64,000 nucleotides of DNA, taken from NCBI GenBank assembly GCA_031372205.1, contig JANMKU010000431.1, positions 4,185 through 68,184 on the forward strand. Reading direction: 5' to 3'. The notes under the pieces are model-generated. The model worked only from the letters and a program-made list of their open reading frames with translations, did not search any database and had not been told where the DNA came from. Source of the stretch: Gemmatimonadaceae bacterium (lineage in GTDB: Bacteria > Gemmatimonadota > Gemmatimonadetes > Gemmatimonadales > Gemmatimonadaceae). The translations under genes and the position numbers were made by a program. This document shows, piece after piece, positions 56,001 through 64,000 of this stretch. The stretch's first letter is position 1; the number at the start of each line of letters is the position of its first letter.

Positions 56001-56063
56001 CGCGGCATCGAGCGCGAGCGCACCCGCAGCGAATAGTGCCGGCCATGTGATCCGCACGTGCAT
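53010..56063 (-). CDS. secreted BNR/Asp-box repeat (sortilin/VPS10-like) protein
   Basis: At least nine Asp-boxes: 'SIDAGATW', 'TTDGGATW', 'SSDGGDTW', 'SDDSGASW', 'SSDGGITY', 'SFDAGESW', 'NNGRTW', 'RDYGKTW' and 'SFDGGRAW'. The signal is 'ALFAAGALALDAAPSAGQA'. Confidence 0.85.
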   Translation of the reverse strand: MHVRITWPALFAAGALALDAAPSAGQAYDTSMFQAFQWRNIATNRAGRVTTAVGVPGNPRVYYMGAAGGGLWKTEDAGGRWRNISDGFMNTGSIGDIAVFEGNPSIMYVGTGEALVRGQMSSTGDGVYKSIDAGATWTHVGLEKTKQIGRVVVHPSDANVVYVAALGSRWGPSDDRGVYRTTDGGATWQRILFVSPSAGASEVVMDPTNPRLLYATFWDFERTPWSIRSGGVGSGIWKSSDGGDTWMPLTNGLPAIMGRIGIAVAPANPRRVYAVVEAESGGMYRSDDSGASWRRMSGNRMLQVRPWYFSTVTVDPKNADVVFAPGFSLLRSSDGGITYAERPSPHSDNHRLWINPANGQNMILPTDGGVVVSFDAGESWSSVENQPTGQFYAVQTDELFPYNLYGGQQDGPSLRIPSRELGATSGARATTSNWTPLAGGETARFAFDPKKPEIVFATGFLGELHRYDLTTGIQRSVTEFPGGQHLGSASFELPYRYNWSAPLTWSPFDATVMYHGANVVFRSTNGFNWTPISPDLTRNDKDHQGRSGPFWHEGAGGEIYNTIVHIVESPREQGTIWVGTDDGLVQLTRNNGRTWSNVTSPSWGEGLVYSIEVGPHAHGTAYIAFSRRKWGEDTPHFFRTRDYGKTWTDLATLLPRDHPARVIREDPVRKDLLFAGTEHGLWISFDGGRAWQSFQHGVPIVPISDIQVHHDDLIVATEGRAFWVLDDITPLRQLQPAVASAPLFLFKPKNATRLNGSARSGGVLGAATIRYSLGGTLATTDTLQLDVLDAAGVVVRHVAQLGTARGLHEFAWDFRGRRTSAENMHGMPTGQYRVRTTLGTTTVSQSLTVVPDPRAASTPAAEREHAAMVATLSRMSTNLDRAIADLRDIRAQARALATRALNAPVGARDAAIQSLIARVDSLEAAVVTGGAKGDPVALDILHVSPKLNTDIGGLLSSVEGVSGPVTSGEREQLARLRQRASAFQAATTRTLTTDIERVNALVARSGLTPPLARTRVH

Positions 56064-57568
56064 CAGTGCCGCACCACGGAGCGCATGAGGGCTTTCACAT
56101 CATTGCTGAACAACGTGCGAGCCGGCATGTCGAGATACATCTGGTGGGCGCCGTCGTAACACTTCCACTGCACCGCGTCCTTGTACGGTGACGTGAGCCG
56201 TCGTGCGCGTTCCGCGTTGATCGAGCAGCCGCCCAACGGATCGTAGGCGCCCTGGGCCACGAGCACTTGCAGTTTTGGATTGAGCACGATGGCGTCTGGC
56301 GTCGACGGCAGCGTACCAACTTTCGGAATTCCGAGCATGCCGGCCTTCGCAAAGTCTTCTTGCGCTTTGGCAAATTGCTCTGGCGTCGCGTCGTAGATAG
56401 ACGAGTGGACCCAGCGCGAGTTCATACTCGCCGGATACTTCCCGGATGGCGCGAACCCTTGCTCTAACGTTTCACCGCCATCCATGCCGATGTACGGCAG
56501 ATCCGTGCGATAGCCAAGCTCGCGACGAACGTAACGCAGCGCAGCCGCAATCCATGGTTTCACCAGCGGCGTCGATCGACGATAATCGGAGGTGAGTGCG
56601 CGCTTGCCATCAACGGGAAATGCACCAAACCAGTTCTGGGACGAGAGAATCAGTTTCTTTCGGTCGAGTCCATCGGTGTTGTATCCCGTGTGGGCGGTCA
56701 GTTCCGCGGCGATGGTGTTCCGCTCCACGTCCGACAACATGTCGACGCGAAGGATGGCTGGCAGGTACCGCTCGCGTACCCATTGTTCGGTTGTCGCACG
56801 CACCGCATCGGGCGTCGATCCCAATTCGCGCGGCGTCTTCTTGAAATGCAGTCCGACGACCGCCATGTCGGCGACGTGCATCGCCCAATCCACGATATTT
56901 GAATTCTCGAACGACGGCAAATCCGTGCTGCCCGAGATGTGCAGAATCGCCTGCACGTTGAAGCCGCGTTTGAGCACCGCGTAGCCAACGCGTCCCGCTC
57001 GCGACGAACCATAGCTTTCGCCCGCGATGATTACTGGCGCCGTGTCCGCGTCGTGCAACAGCAGCCAGCTGCGGATGAATTCCGTTTCGGCCATGACATC
57101 GCCCACGAGCAGCGCAAACTCCTTCACGTATTCCGGCTTCGTCGCGCGACTAAAGCCAGTGCCGACCGGGTCGATGAAGACGAGATCGCTCTCGGTCAGC
57201 CATGTATCGGCATTGTTCACGAGGTGATCGCCTTCACCGCGCAGCGGACCGGCCACCTCGAAATGGAGGGGTAGTGCCGGCCACCCTGGGCCGCCATTCC
57301 AAATAAACGACACCGGTCGCGGCTTGCCCGGCGAGGCCACCCGATACGATGTGTAGAACATGTAGGCATGCGCCTCGCCCGTTTCCACATCGCGAATGGC
57401 GATGCGCCCCACCTCGGCCGTGTAGGCTAACGTGCGCCCGTTGATCATCATCTGGTGACGCGTGACGACTGGCGGCCGCTCAGGCTCTACCTGCGCGCTG
57501 GCCACACTGGCGACGGCGAGAAATCCGGCGACGGTGACGACCATCGAAACGGTGCGATGGCACATCAT
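56063..57568 (-). CDS. serine carboxypeptidase (peptidase S10 family), secreted
   Basis: 'WNGGPGWPA', 'LVFIDPVGTGFS' and the nucleophile motif 'IAGESYGS'. The signal is 'VVTVAGFLAVASVASAQ'. The stop overlaps the next ATG by 1 nt. Confidence 0.85.
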   Translation of the reverse strand: MMCHRTVSMVVTVAGFLAVASVASAQVEPERPPVVTRHQMMINGRTLAYTAEVGRIAIRDVETGEAHAYMFYTSYRVASPGKPRPVSFIWNGGPGWPALPLHFEVAGPLRGEGDHLVNNADTWLTESDLVFIDPVGTGFSRATKPEYVKEFALLVGDVMAETEFIRSWLLLHDADTAPVIIAGESYGSSRAGRVGYAVLKRGFNVQAILHISGSTDLPSFENSNIVDWAMHVADMAVVGLHFKKTPRELGSTPDAVRATTEQWVRERYLPAILRVDMLSDVERNTIAAELTAHTGYNTDGLDRKKLILSSQNWFGAFPVDGKRALTSDYRRSTPLVKPWIAAALRYVRRELGYRTDLPYIGMDGGETLEQGFAPSGKYPASMNSRWVHSSIYDATPEQFAKAQEDFAKAGMLGIPKVGTLPSTPDAIVLNPKLQVLVAQGAYDPLGGCSINAERARRLTSPYKDAVQWKCYDGAHQMYLDMPARTLFSNDVKALMRSVVRH

Positions 57569-57602
57569 GTTGTGCTACTCCGCTAGAGTGGGCCGCAAAC
57601 AA

Positions 57603-59036
57603 CTAGGGGCGAATGATTCCGATGTCACCCTCGATTTGCACCTTCGTGCCGAACGGCGCCGAAATCGTCTTCAGCTCGTTGAGAATCTTTTTCGCGATAT
57701 CAGGCGCAGCAAACGACGGGACACCCTTTGGCTTGTTGCCCACTGGGTTCAAGTCGATCGGATAAATCCTCACTTCCTTGAGCTTTCCGCCTTCCCATGT
57801 CGTGGTGGCGAAAATGCTCTCCCACATCGTGAGCGTGACGCCGCCGCCCAGCTGGCGGATGGATTGGTCACTCGGCGGTCCGGTTGGTCCCGGCGCGGAC
57901 AGCAACCGCGGCTCGCCGCCCATGTTGGTGCCGGCCGGCTGGCCAGAGAATGAGAAACTGGCCAAGCCGTAAAAAATTGGTTTGCCTTTGTAGATCTCGA
58001 TGCCGCGAATCAGGTGATTGCCGTGACCGGCGACAACATCCGCGCCAGCATCAACGACACTGTGGAACAGTTGCACGAGATAGTCGCCGGGAACAGGATT
58101 GCTATCGTCCTCCCCCGTCGCTGATTGATGCGCGTGAATCGTGAACACGGTGAGATCGGAATTCTCCTTCGCCTTGTGCACGGCCTGCATGATGTCTTTC
58201 AAATCGAATTGATTGATCCGATACGACAGTCCAGGCTTGTCGCCGAGCTGGTAGATCTGATCGAGCACCATGAGTTGTTGCGGCACGGTGGCGTCAGGTA
58301 CGCTGCCGGGTGTTCGCATGCCCTTGAGCTGCTGCAAGAGCTGCATCTCTGGCGCAGTGACCTGCTGAAACAGCGTCGTGCGGACCGTGCTGATGCCCGT
58401 GCGTTCAGCGAGCGCGCCTCGTCCATCGGCAGCGACGAAGTTTGGCTTGAATGTGCCGGCTGTGGCCACGACCGCGACGCGTCCCTTGGGCGTCGCCAGC
58501 ACCGTGGCGGCGCGGGCCTCGCGCATGTTGGCGCCCGCACCTGCGTACGCGAGACCCGCGGCCTTGAGCAGGCGCAAATTCTCGAGCAACGCGTCCGCCC
58601 CGTAGTCCATGCCGTGGTTGTTGGCCATGGTCAGGATATGGACACCCATGTTCTTGATGTCCCACGGCGCTGTTGTGTCAGACGGCAGCATGGCCCCCGT
58701 TTCATTCACCGCGAACCGCTTTGTTTGGACATTGAACGCCGGACCCTCCTGATTCGCGAGCACAAAATCTGCGCCTCGCACAATGCGCAGCACGTCGTCG
58801 AATGCTCGCACTCCGAGCCCCGTGACCGGACGGACTTGCGAGATATCGCCGAGCACCGCGTACACGAATCCATCTTTCACGGTCGCGCGAGGCGGCGATG
58901 CAAAAACAAGCGATGCGGCCGTTGTTTGCGCGGTGGGTGGCGGAGACCGCAGTGCGGGGTCCGACTGTGCACCGACTGCACGGGCCAACGCTATCGACAG
59001 GACGGCGACCGACGCCGTACGGACCGCGAGTTTCAT
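57603..59036 (-). CDS. CapA/PGA_cap-family metallophosphoesterase-fold protein, secreted (copy 1)
   Basis: 'LANQEGP', 'MANNHGMDYG', 'VFTIHAHQS' and 'VAGHGNHLIRGIEIYKGKPIFYGL'. The signal is 'VAVLSIALARAVGAQS'. ATG 59036 follows GGAG. Confidence 0.8.
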   Translation of the reverse strand: MKLAVRTASVAVLSIALARAVGAQSDPALRSPPPTAQTTAASLVFASPPRATVKDGFVYAVLGDISQVRPVTGLGVRAFDDVLRIVRGADFVLANQEGPAFNVQTKRFAVNETGAMLPSDTTAPWDIKNMGVHILTMANNHGMDYGADALLENLRLLKAAGLAYAGAGANMREARAATVLATPKGRVAVVATAGTFKPNFVAADGRGALAERTGISTVRTTLFQQVTAPEMQLLQQLKGMRTPGSVPDATVPQQLMVLDQIYQLGDKPGLSYRINQFDLKDIMQAVHKAKENSDLTVFTIHAHQSATGEDDSNPVPGDYLVQLFHSVVDAGADVVAGHGNHLIRGIEIYKGKPIFYGLASFSFSGQPAGTNMGGEPRLLSAPGPTGPPSDQSIRQLGGGVTLTMWESIFATTTWEGGKLKEVRIYPIDLNPVGNKPKGVPSFAAPDIAKKILNELKTISAPFGTKVQIEGDIGIIRP

Positions 59037-59134
59037 GGTCTGCTCCGAGGAGAAGTGGCCGTCGTCAAGGAAAAACCGTATCATCAAACTGTTGCTATCC
59101 GATCTGAACGACTTCGCTTGCGCGAGAACCTGCC

Positions 59135-60688
59135 ATGACCGTCCGCCACGCTTTTGCCTCTCGCTCGCGCTTGGCGGGACACGTCATTGCCGCGATGGCA
59201 CTGCTCGTCACCGCTCGCAGTATCTGTGCGCAGACCGCCGGTGGCACAGGCACCGCGCAAACGACACTGCCACGCTGGATCCCCGACCCCGCATCACAAT
59301 TGCTTCCCGCGCCGCTCCCGGCCACCGTAAAAGACGGATTCACGCTGGTCACACTCGGCGATCTCCTCTACTGGCGTCCGGTGCGAGCCCAAATCGACAG
59401 TGCGATGGACAATGCACTGCGCATCGTTCGCGCGGCCGACTTCGCAACAGCAAACCACGAAGGCACGTTCTTCGATCTTCAGGCAAAACGCATTCCGCCA
59501 AGCGGCGCTGGAGGCGGCGCGCTCATGGTCGGCTCACCCGACCTTGCCCGGGACATCAAGCATCTCGGCGTGCACTTGGTCAGCAAAGCCAACAACCACT
59601 CCGTCGATTGGGGCACGGCCGGATTGCTTGAGGAACTGCGATTGCTGGACGCGGCGTCGCTGCCGTATGCAGGCGCGGGCGCCAACCGAGCGGCAGCGCG
59701 CGCGGCCGGATTCGTCGATTTGCAAAAGGGACGCGTTGGCGTCGTTGCGGCCGCGTCGTCGTTCCAGGCGGGCGCCACACCGATGGATGAGGACGCAGAG
59801 ATTCCCGCACGCGGCGGTATCAGCGTGTTGCGAACGACCAGTGTGCAAATCGTCAACGCGAAGGAAATGGCCGCGCTTCAGCAAATGAATGCCATCAGCC
59901 AAACCGCTGGTGTTTCGATTGCTGGCAACAACGGCGGTGGCGGACGAGGTGCGGCGAGCGGCCAGTCCGCATTGGCCGCGGAGATTACCGTGCTCGGACA
60001 GACGTATCGCCTTGGCGAGAAATCCGGCCGAACATGGTCGATGAACACGCTGGATCATTTCGAAATACTGAAAGAGGTCCGGAGCGCCAAGAAGCTCGCC
60101 GATCTCGTGATCTTCACGATCCATGCGCACGAAGGGCCGGACGCTCCAGGCGAAGGAGATACGCCGTACCCGGCCGATTTTCTGCCCGTGCTGTTTCACA
60201 ACGTGATCGACGCCGGTGCGGATGTCGTGGCTGGACATGGTTCGCATGCACTCCGCGGCATCGAGATCTACAAAGGCCGCCCGATTTTCTACGGGCTGAG
60301 CACATTTATTTTTCAAGGCTACATCCTGACGACGCAGGAGGGCCGCGACGCGCGCAATCTCGATCCTCGCTTCGCGTCGCGCGGAGAAACGGAGACCCGA
60401 CTGAATGGCAGTGCACCTCCCGGTGTCGTTAACCCGACGGGCCTGCTCGGCAGCTGGGACGTGAGCATCCTGCCGGTGATGACGTATGAGGGAGGCCGCG
60501 TCAAGGAAATTCGCATCTATCCGATCGACGTGCGGCGCAGCGCAAGCGCGAAGCAAAGTGGCCTGCCGCGAATTGCGTCGCCGGAACTTGGTCGACGCAT
60601 TCTGGATCTCGTGCGCGAACTCTCGACGCCGTTCGGAACCGACGTACGGATCGAGGGCAACGTCGGGGTCATTCGTCCGTCCCCATAG
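59135..60688 (+). CDS. CapA/PGA_cap-family metallophosphoesterase-fold protein, secreted (copy 2)
   Basis: 'TANHEGT', 'KANNHSVDWG', 'IFTIHAHEG' and 'VAGHGSHALRGIEIYKGRPIFYGL'. The signal is 'VIAAMALLVTARSICAQT'. Confidence 0.8.
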   Translation: MTVRHAFASRSRLAGHVIAAMALLVTARSICAQTAGGTGTAQTTLPRWIPDPASQLLPAPLPATVKDGFTLVTLGDLLYWRPVRAQIDSAMDNALRIVRAADFATANHEGTFFDLQAKRIPPSGAGGGALMVGSPDLARDIKHLGVHLVSKANNHSVDWGTAGLLEELRLLDAASLPYAGAGANRAAARAAGFVDLQKGRVGVVAAASSFQAGATPMDEDAEIPARGGISVLRTTSVQIVNAKEMAALQQMNAISQTAGVSIAGNNGGGGRGAASGQSALAAEITVLGQTYRLGEKSGRTWSMNTLDHFEILKEVRSAKKLADLVIFTIHAHEGPDAPGEGDTPYPADFLPVLFHNVIDAGADVVAGHGSHALRGIEIYKGRPIFYGLSTFIFQGYILTTQEGRDARNLDPRFASRGETETRLNGSAPPGVVNPTGLLGSWDVSILPVMTYEGGRVKEIRIYPIDVRRSASAKQSGLPRIASPELGRRILDLVRELSTPFGTDVRIEGNVGVIRPSP

Positions 60689-60705
60689 GCGCACATGCGA
60701 AACGG

Positions 60706-60727
60706 CCGCGCCACGTCCGTAGCGCGG
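60706..60727. terminator. weak G/C hairpin between convergent CapA-2 and SusD genes
   Basis: CCGCGC-cacgtccgta-GCGCGG is followed by GTTGCTTG. The stem is only 6 bp and the U-tract is poor. Confidence 0.2.
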
Positions 60728-60759
60728 GTTGCTTGCTACAATTTCCTACCGCACCATGG

Positions 60760-62160
60760 CTACGGGTTGCGATCAATGCAGCCCTTGAAGTTTGGGTTCG
60801 TCAACTCCGTGTCCACCATCGGCAGGTTGATGTCGGTGCCGTACGCACCGCCCTTGAACCATGTCCCACCGGGGAACACGTTGTCCTGCGTGCGGCCGTA
60901 CTGCCGGATGAGTCGACGCAGATCGCCCAGCCGGAAACCGCGGCCAAACTGCCAAAAGGCCTTCTCACGAAAGAACAAGGTGAGCGCCGCATCCTTCGTC
61001 GTCGGCGCGTTCGTCAGCGCCGGCATCGCGGCAATCGTCTTGTTGCCAATCGTCTGTGCCGACGTGCGCAGCGTGTTCAGCGTCGCGAACATGCCCGCGA
61101 AATCGCTGGCGTTGATCTTGGCCTCGGCCTCGATCAACCGCGCATCGATACCGGTGAGCACCGGGAAAGGATCGGTCTGGCCATAGAGAAGCTGTCCGGC
61201 CCACGGCGTACTGCCGTCGAAAGCTTTCCTCGTGTTCGAAGTCGATCCTGTTACCGGAATACGAGGATCATTCGCTGATGCAAATGGCAACGCGTTCTTG
61301 ATCACGCTCGGTGCACCGTTGATGATGGCGAAGCTATCGCCGACCACGAACCGTGACGGCTGCGTGCCGTTGAGGATGTAGAGCTCCGAGCTTGAGGTCG
61401 TGAGCGAGAAGGTCAGCAGGTATTGGAAGTTCGTCGGCACGTCGGCTACCAGCGCCGCCGCCGCCGCATAGTTCCCGAGGGCGATCTGCGCCCGCGCTTT
61501 CGCAATTTTGTTCACGCGAGCGATGGCAATGCTCGCCGCATCCGTGCCTGTCACCAGCGCCAAGGCGGTGTCGAATCGCGCCGTCGCGAGCTTGAATCCG
61601 TCAGCGTTGGTGATCGGCTGCGTATAGGTCGGAACGCCGTTCACCATCGACCCGAACGGCACGCCGTTGCAGAAGTCTTCTGACATCTGTAGCTCGGCAA
61701 AGCCCATCGCGAAGTACAACTCGCCGATCTCGGATGCCGGTGGCGGTAACACATATTGACGGAGCGCCTGAATCGCCGTGAGCGCGAATCCGCGCGCCTG
61801 CTGTGCGGAACTGTAGGCCGAGGCCAGCACGCCGTTGCTGCTCTGCATCGTGCGCCCGTCGGTCTCGTTGTGCTGACTCTGCGTATCACCGCTGGCCCAT
61901 ATATCAGTGACCAAGTCACTCATCATGGGCAGATTGGCGAAGTTGACCCCGCCACCTGCCACCCATGCCTTGAACGCGCCGAGCGCACCAACGCGCAACG
62001 CCTCGGCGCCCGTCGGACTGGTCACACTTGCTGGGCCGATCACACCGGGTTGCTGCGGCGAGAGCAGCGTTTGTTTGAGGTCACATGCGCTGAGAGGGAC
62101 GAGCACCATCGCTCCCACCGCCATCCACCGCGCGCGATTCATGAAATGCATACGTTTCAT
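60760..62160 (-). CDS. RagB/SusD-family outer-membrane lipoprotein
   Basis: Lipoprotein signal 'AVGAMVLVPLSAC'. The C-terminal 'FFREKAFWQFGRGFRLGDLRRLIRQYGR' resembles SusD-like proteins. It lies immediately downstream of a SusC-like gene. Confidence 0.85.
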   Translation of the reverse strand: MKRMHFMNRARWMAVGAMVLVPLSACDLKQTLLSPQQPGVIGPASVTSPTGAEALRVGALGAFKAWVAGGGVNFANLPMMSDLVTDIWASGDTQSQHNETDGRTMQSSNGVLASAYSSAQQARGFALTAIQALRQYVLPPPASEIGELYFAMGFAELQMSEDFCNGVPFGSMVNGVPTYTQPITNADGFKLATARFDTALALVTGTDAASIAIARVNKIAKARAQIALGNYAAAAALVADVPTNFQYLLTFSLTTSSSELYILNGTQPSRFVVGDSFAIINGAPSVIKNALPFASANDPRIPVTGSTSNTRKAFDGSTPWAGQLLYGQTDPFPVLTGIDARLIEAEAKINASDFAGMFATLNTLRTSAQTIGNKTIAAMPALTNAPTTKDAALTLFFREKAFWQFGRGFRLGDLRRLIRQYGRTQDNVFPGGTWFKGGAYGTDINLPMVDTELTNPNFKGCIDRNP

Positions 62161-62184
62161 CCTCGAAGGGTGACTAGTGGAGGA

Positions 62185-64000
62185 CTAGTAGTGGAGGGTG
62201 ACTTTGGCCGTGAAATACTGCCGCGACCCCTGACTGAACGTCGTGTTCTGCACGTCGTTGCTGAAGGCAAACATGGGAATGCCGTTCTCCTCCAAGTCGA
62301 TGCCGCGGAAGCTGGTCCAGGTAAGAAGGTTGCGGACGGCAAAGGTGATGGCAGCGATCTCCGCTCGAAGCCAGCCCTTGGACACTCTTTCCGGCAGCGA
62401 AACCGTGGCTGACAACTCACGAAACCTCCAATACTGCAAGGGCTCCGTGTATCCCACCGCTGTCGTAGACTGGCCGGTGAACGGACCATTGAGCGCGATC
62501 GCTGCGGCCTGCCGATCCAGCGGAGATTTGAGCGACGAGACGTCTTGGCACGGTCGCGGCGTGCTGCTGCACTGGAAGGACAAGTTGGTGTTGACGAGCA
62601 TGCCACCGCCCTTGTAGTCGAACAAGGCATTGATGTGGACCTTGCGGGAGAACAAGTCGAAGCCGCTGGCCACCGAGCCGATGTCGCGCGGTTGCGAGTA
62701 TCCCGTGAACGACACGTTCGGGTCCACCGTGACTTCATTAGCGGTGATGTAGCCGTCGCCGTTCGCGTCAGTGTAGTGATACGCCCGATACGTGAACGCA
62801 TTGATCGGCAGGCCCACCGAGTCGCGGAGCGAGCCGGTGCCGATCGTCTTGTTCGGCACACCAGTGGGATCAAGCCCGAGGCTGACCAACTTGTTGCTCA
62901 AGTGCGAACCACTGAGTGTCACGTCCCAACTGAATTGACGCGTGTCGACAAGCGTCGTCTGCACCGCCACTTCAATGCCTGCGTTCTTCACCGAACCGAG
63001 GTTTCGCAGCACCGTGGTCGATGCCGGACCAGCCGATGGTGCGATGACCTGACTGATCAGCGCATCGCGTGTCTGCTTGCTGTAGTACGTGATGTCGATG
63101 TTCATGCGATTGCCCAACACACGCGCTTCGAAGCCGGCCTCGGTTTCAACCGACAGCTCCGGCTTGAGGTTCGGGTTGCCGAGCGCGCTCTGACGAAGGC
63201 CCGGCGTGTCCGTGCCCGACAAGTTGACGGCCACCACCGGCTGGTTGATCGTGGTGGACGCGTAGGTGATGAGCGCCGACGTGGCGCCTGGCTGCACGCC
63301 CGAGGCACCGTAGGCGCTGCGGAAGCGCAGTTGGTCCAGCCATCCGAACTTCGGGAAGAACGACTCATCCGACGCGATCCACGACACGCTCAACTTCGGA
63401 TACACGACCTTCTGAAAGTTCGTGCCGAAGGCGCTGTTCTGATCCGCGCGCACCGCGGCCGTGAGGAAGAGGCGATCGCGCAATGCGGCCTGCTCCTGCG
63501 CGTAGTAGCCCCACGTTTTGGTCGCCGTCCACAACGTGTTGCTGGCGGCGGTCACTGCAGCCTGCCCTACCGATTGCGCGCCCGGAGGCAGCTGCGTTCC
63601 ACTGGCACTCGTTCCATCAGCCTCGACGTTGGTGTAGTCGGAACCGAACGTGGTCTTCAAGCTCACCCATGGCTTGACCTGCCAGGTGGACGTGCTCGTG
63701 AGCTTCGCCGAGAAGTTGCGATTGTTGCTCGTCGACGACGATGTCGCGCCAAGGCGAAGTGTTCCTGATGCCGGGCACTCTGAATAGCGGCAGATGAAGA
63801 TGCCGGTGCGATTATTCCAGTCGACGCCGGCCACGCCGTCGTTCTGCATCCACGCAAAGGGGCGCCAGCTCGTGTGCACCGACCCGATGAGGCGCTGCCC
63901 CGAGTTCTGATTCACGTTCTGGAAAACCTCAGACGGGACGTAGCTGTTATATCCATTCAGCTTCTCGCCAAGACTTCCGATGCCGGTATATCCGGGTCCC
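62185..64000 (-). CDS. SusC/RagA-type TonB-dependent outer-membrane transporter, 5' end outside the window
   Basis: The frame stays open to base 63999 upstream of the listed GTG at 63915. The composition is beta-barrel-like (alternating Y/T/S/G/N), and the C-terminus 'YFTAKVTLHY' ends in an aromatic residue, typical of TonB-dependent receptors. Confidence 0.85.
   Translation of the reverse strand, partial: GPGYTGIGSLGEKLNGYNSYVPSEVFQNVNQNSGQRLIGSVHTSWRPFAWMQNDGVAGVDWNNRTGIFICRYSECPASGTLRLGATSSSTSNNRNFSAKLTSTSTWQVKPWVSLKTTFGSDYTNVEADGTSASGTQLPPGAQSVGQAAVTAASNTLWTATKTWGYYAQEQAALRDRLFLTAAVRADQNSAFGTNFQKVVYPKLSVSWIASDESFFPKFGWLDQLRFRSAYGASGVQPGATSALITYASTTINQPVVAVNLSGTDTPGLRQSALGNPNLKPELSVETEAGFEARVLGNRMNIDITYYSKQTRDALISQVIAPSAGPASTTVLRNLGSVKNAGIEVAVQTTLVDTRQFSWDVTLSGSHLSNKLVSLGLDPTGVPNKTIGTGSLRDSVGLPINAFTYRAYHYTDANGDGYITANEVTVDPNVSFTGYSQPRDIGSVASGFDLFSRKVHINALFDYKGGGMLVNTNLSFQCSSTPRPCQDVSSLKSPLDRQAAAIALNGPFTGQSTTAVGYTEPLQYWRFRELSATVSLPERVSKGWLRAEIAAITFAVRNLLTWTSFRGIDLEENGIPMFAFSNDVQNTTFSQGSRQYFTAKVTLHY

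Noticed and set aside
58125-60694. long ORFs antisense to the two CapA genes (58125..59138 plus strand, 59534..60694 minus strand)
   Set aside because: Each lies opposite a gene with clear family motifs and a signal peptide. Their translations are Arg/His-rich and motif-free.
62545-63768. 407-aa plus-strand ORF
   Set aside because: It is antisense to the SusC-like transporter, whose beta-barrel composition and C-terminal aromatic residue are characteristic.

Overview
High-G+C bacterial chromosomal segment. The protein repertoire (SusC/SusD pair, many secreted peptidases, membrane Ser/Thr kinases) looks Gemmatimonadota- or Acidobacteriota-like, but taxonomy cannot be verified from the sequence alone. 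I support about 48 densely packed protein-coding genes. I saw no rRNA, tRNA, CRISPR array, transposase or integrase. Several gene pairs overlap by 1 nt (TGATG) or 4 nt (ATGA/GTGA), which indicates operons with translational coupling. The ORF track also uses GTG and TTG starts.

Bases 1-38 kb are mostly housekeeping or regulatory. They encode USP, a YjjX-like NTPase, a CGNR zinc-finger protein, a TetR-ECF sigma operon, a DExH helicase, tag, pfk, a DEAD-box helicase, two tandem Ser/Thr kinases, lon, PBP1A, nadE, ypfJ, a transglutaminase-like protein, HNH, HIT, a fused E1 alpha/beta dehydrogenase, a D-aminoacylase and a GntR-ABC operon.

Bases 38-50 kb look accessory or decaying. They hold a frameshifted ECF sigma gene with a membrane partner, vapC with an N-terminally truncated antitoxin butted against a peptidase stop codon, a duplicated M1/M61-like peptidase gene flanking a Tat-signal PLP enzyme and an M19 dipeptidase, and an internally deleted hipA remnant.

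Bases 41-64 kb as a whole form an island of signal-peptide-bearing peptide hydrolases and CapA-like proteins ending in a SusD/SusC pair. I could not recognise any glycoside hydrolase there. I flag this island as the best candidate for an undescribed system, a peptide or polyamide utilisation locus. That function is inference only.

All calls rest on motif recognition by eye and hand translation. No database search was possible.
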